Assembly (NCBI GenBank): GCA_045604525.1
Contig: JAZUOH010000005.1
Span: 53,648 to 117,647 of the forward strand
Length of the DNA stretch: 64,000 nucleotides
Direction: 5' to 3'
Origin: Acutalibacteraceae bacterium
GTDB taxonomy: Bacteria; Bacillota; Clostridia; Oscillospirales; Acutalibacteraceae
Part shown: piece after piece, positions 61,968 to 64,000 of the stretch
Numbering within the stretch: position 1 is the stretch's first letter
Layout: each line of letters opens with the position of its first letter
Notes under the pieces: generated by a model
The model's database searches: none
Seen by the model: the letters and a program-made list of their open reading frames with translations, nothing else
Told to the model about the DNA's origin: nothing
Position numbers and translations under genes: made by a program

Positions 61968-63377
61968 TTATTCTTTTATCTGCTGAGCAAACTCAAGCTC
62001 TTCTTTCTTGCCGATGTTGTAAATAAATTTCATTGCAAGGAATGCTATCAGTGAGCCGATTGCAAGCACTACGAAGTAGAGCGATTTTACATCCTCGCCG
62101 AAAGTTGCGGGCTGAACAGCGTTTTCACCCTCAACAAAGCCGATAGCACCGAGACCGAGTGCAACAACAGCCTGACCTATACCCTGTGCAAGCTTACGGA
62201 AGAAGGAGTAAATAGCGTAAAGTGAGCCTTCTTCGCTCTTGCCTGTCTTTCTGTAGCTTACTTCAATACAGTCTGCAACAATTGCCCATACCGAAATCTG
62301 GAAGCCTGCGTTGCCGAGGTTAAGACCCATGAGGCAAACGATATAGACAATCATACCTGTTGAGTCGGGTGTGATGGGCACAAAAAGTGCAATAAGACCC
62401 GAAATTGCACCGATGAGCATTGTGGTGACAATAACGTTTTTCTTGCCGAATTTCTTTGTGAACTTGCCTATGAAAACCATAAAGAGAATCATAGGTGCAT
62501 AGCTGCCTATCATTGCAATGCCGATTTTGCCTGTATCCTTGAAGAAATACTGGAAAACCATATTGTTAAGTGCCATTGTGGAGTTGAAAAGAGCGACGGA
62601 AGCAACGGAAGCGATTGTTGCGCCTACCATTGCACGGTTTGTAAAGAAGGATTTTGCAGAGGAAAGCATTGCCTTGACACCAACTGCTTTTTCGCTTGAA
62701 GTGTGGTTGACACGTTCTTTTACAAGCTTTGTCGTGCCCCAGAGCACAACCATTGCAATAACCGAAAGCACAAGCGCTACAGGCAGAAGGGTTTCGCCTT
62801 TAAGAATCTGTACTTCTTCGCCTGCGCTGTTTGTTGTGGTGTTGTAAACGATACCGGGAAGCACAATCATAATAACGATTGCGGGCAGAGCGGCACCGAT
62901 ACTGCGGAAGGTTGAAAGCGATACCTTCTGCTGGGGGTCATCTGTAATAACGGAATGAAGTGAGCCGTAGGGCACATTGACCATTGTGTAGGCGATTGAC
63001 CACAGGCAGTATGAGCCAAGACACCATGCATATTTACCCCATACGGAGAAATTCTTGACCGGCGCAAAAATCATAACGTTAAAAATAACGAGTGTAACTG
63101 CACCGAGAAGAATCCAGGGCATATACTTACTCTTTTTGCCGATTCGCTTTGTGTCTACGAGGTTGCCGATTAAAATATCGTTAACAGCGTCAAATATTTT
63201 TGAAAGAATAATGATGATGGCGTAGGCTTCTTCTGATATGCCGATATACTGCATATAGAAAAGCTGCATGAATGTTGATACAAGCTGGAATGAAAAGCCG
63301 CAGCCCATATCGCCCATAGCATAGCCGAGCTTATCTCGCCAGCCGAAGGGTCGGATGCTGTTGTTTGCAGAGCTCAT
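61968..63377 (-). CDS. Glycoside-pentoside-hexuronide (GPH):cation symporter family MFS transporter
   Basis: KLGYAMGDMG......STFMQLFY.......I..IIILSKIFDAVND...G...D is the GPH N-terminal signature. About 12 TM and 469 aa. Confidence 0.85.
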   Translation of the reverse strand: MSSANNSIRPFGWRDKLGYAMGDMGCGFSFQLVSTFMQLFYMQYIGISEEAYAIIIILSKIFDAVNDILIGNLVDTKRIGKKSKYMPWILLGAVTLVIFNVMIFAPVKNFSVWGKYAWCLGSYCLWSIAYTMVNVPYGSLHSVITDDPQQKVSLSTFRSIGAALPAIVIMIVLPGIVYNTTTNSAGEEVQILKGETLLPVALVLSVIAMVVLWGTTKLVKERVNHTSSEKAVGVKAMLSSAKSFFTNRAMVGATIASVASVALFNSTMALNNMVFQYFFKDTGKIGIAMIGSYAPMILFMVFIGKFTKKFGKKNVIVTTMLIGAISGLIALFVPITPDSTGMIVYIVCLMGLNLGNAGFQISVWAIVADCIEVSYRKTGKSEEGSLYAIYSFFRKLAQGIGQAVVALGLGAIGFVEGENAVQPATFGEDVKSLYFVVLAIGSLIAFLAMKFIYNIGKKEELEFAQQIKE

Positions 63378-63488
63378 TTTGTTTCATCTCCCAATAAAAA
63401 TTATAGTTTGAGTGAACGCTTTGTCACTGTTAATTCCAATTATATATTATATTTATAAAAAAGACAATAGGCAGATATTTGCAATTTC

Positions 63489-63517
63489 TTGATTTTACTG
63501 TTGAAAAGTGATAAAAT
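63489..63517 (+). promoter_or_regulatory. Candidate sigma-A promoter (extended -10)
   Basis: TTGATT (63489-63494), a 17-bp spacer, then TAAAAT (63512-63517) with TG one base upstream. Confidence 0.5.
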
Positions 63518-63538
63518 GCATCTGTGAGGTGATTTTTT

Positions 63539-64000
63539 ATGACAAATAAAAAAATGATGAAAGTATACACCGCTTTATGGACGGTAATTGCCGCAGCCTA
63601 CGGAATTTGGATGGCAGTGTTTATGAGCTGGGATCAGTATCCGTACATAATCCCGACTGAGGCTGATATGCTTTTGCCGAAAGAAGAGTTTATTGCGAAA
63701 TTTGACGGTATGCTTTATATGCCGCTTTTCCCTAATTCTCTCGTTTTCTGGATTTGGGTTATCGCTTCCACTGCACTTCTTTTCTGCTATGCTTTGTTTA
63801 TCCGCAAAATTCTTTTTGCCGAAAAGCTTACAAAGGCAACAACAGTTTTTTGCATTATAAATCTTATTTTAGGCTGTGCATTCGTTACTTGGTACGGCTT
63901 TTTAAGCTATCCCGAGCAGTTTGGTAATATTTTAACCGATGTCACCGCAAGTATGCTTGGCCTTAAATATCCGTGGGAATTCAAAATGTGGGGCGTTCTG
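63539..64000 (+). CDS. Hypothetical polytopic membrane protein (3' end beyond the window)
   Basis: ATG 63539, 7 nt after GAGGTG. The frame stays open to the window edge. Sequence MTNKKMMKVYTALWTVIAAAYGIWMAVF..., with several hydrophobic stretches. It is absent from the ORF track because it has no stop. Confidence 0.5.
   Translation, partial: MTNKKMMKVYTALWTVIAAAYGIWMAVFMSWDQYPYIIPTEADMLLPKEEFIAKFDGMLYMPLFPNSLVFWIWVIASTALLFCYALFIRKILFAEKLTKATTVFCIINLILGCAFVTWYGFLSYPEQFGNILTDVTASMLGLKYPWEFKMWGVL

Noticed and set aside
1-64000. tRNA, rRNA, transposase, integrase, phage, toxin-antitoxin or restriction-modification genes
   Set aside because: I scanned all intergenic gaps larger than 80 nt and all tabulated ORFs. 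None showed cloverleaf-type tRNA structure, rRNA-like sequence, DDE or tyrosine/serine recombinase motifs, or methyltransferase motifs.

Overview
The window looks like a 64 kb chromosomal segment from an endospore-forming Firmicute. My guess is Clostridia, Oscillospiraceae/Ruminococcaceae-like, based on gene content and synteny only. It is densely coding and mostly core housekeeping.

**Main blocks**
- miaB-ymcA-mutS-mutL-miaA.
- The tail of the division/cell-wall cluster: yggS-sepF-divIVA-lspA-rluD.
- Split transketolase, RNase J, gdpP, proS-trkH-trkA, pgi, yceD-rpmF, der, rpsT and a DAHP synthase.
- Sporulation genes: sipL-like plus spoIVA, spoIIP plus gpr, and a PBP5-type carboxypeptidase.
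- A compact five-gene inositol-type catabolic operon: iolG-iolD-iolE-PHP-PMI.

**What I did not find**
I found no rRNA, tRNA, CRISPR array, transposase, integrase or phage module. I also could not see a clear new multi-gene defence-type system.

**Most unusual items**
1. An operon that looks A+T-rich by eye and is led by a membrane-tethered MerR-type regulator. Its promoter has the classic 19-bp spacer and a perfect 7-1-7 dyad.
2. A zinc-ribbon/PASTA protein whose kinase core has lost every catalytic residue. It lies between the c-di-AMP phosphodiesterase gdpP and a K+ uptake operon.
3. A phosphohexomutase-like protein with all three catalytic motifs degenerate.
4. An iol operon in which a PMI-type cupin and a PHP phosphatase follow iolE, and iolB/C/J/A are not seen.
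5. A DUF559 gene bracketed by inverted hairpin repeats.
6. Two long imperfect palindromes in intergenic gaps (12040-12198 and 52141-52236).
7. A stand-alone 55-codon membrane-protein gene with its own textbook promoter and terminator.

All functional calls come from reading motifs and remembered family signatures. No database search was run.
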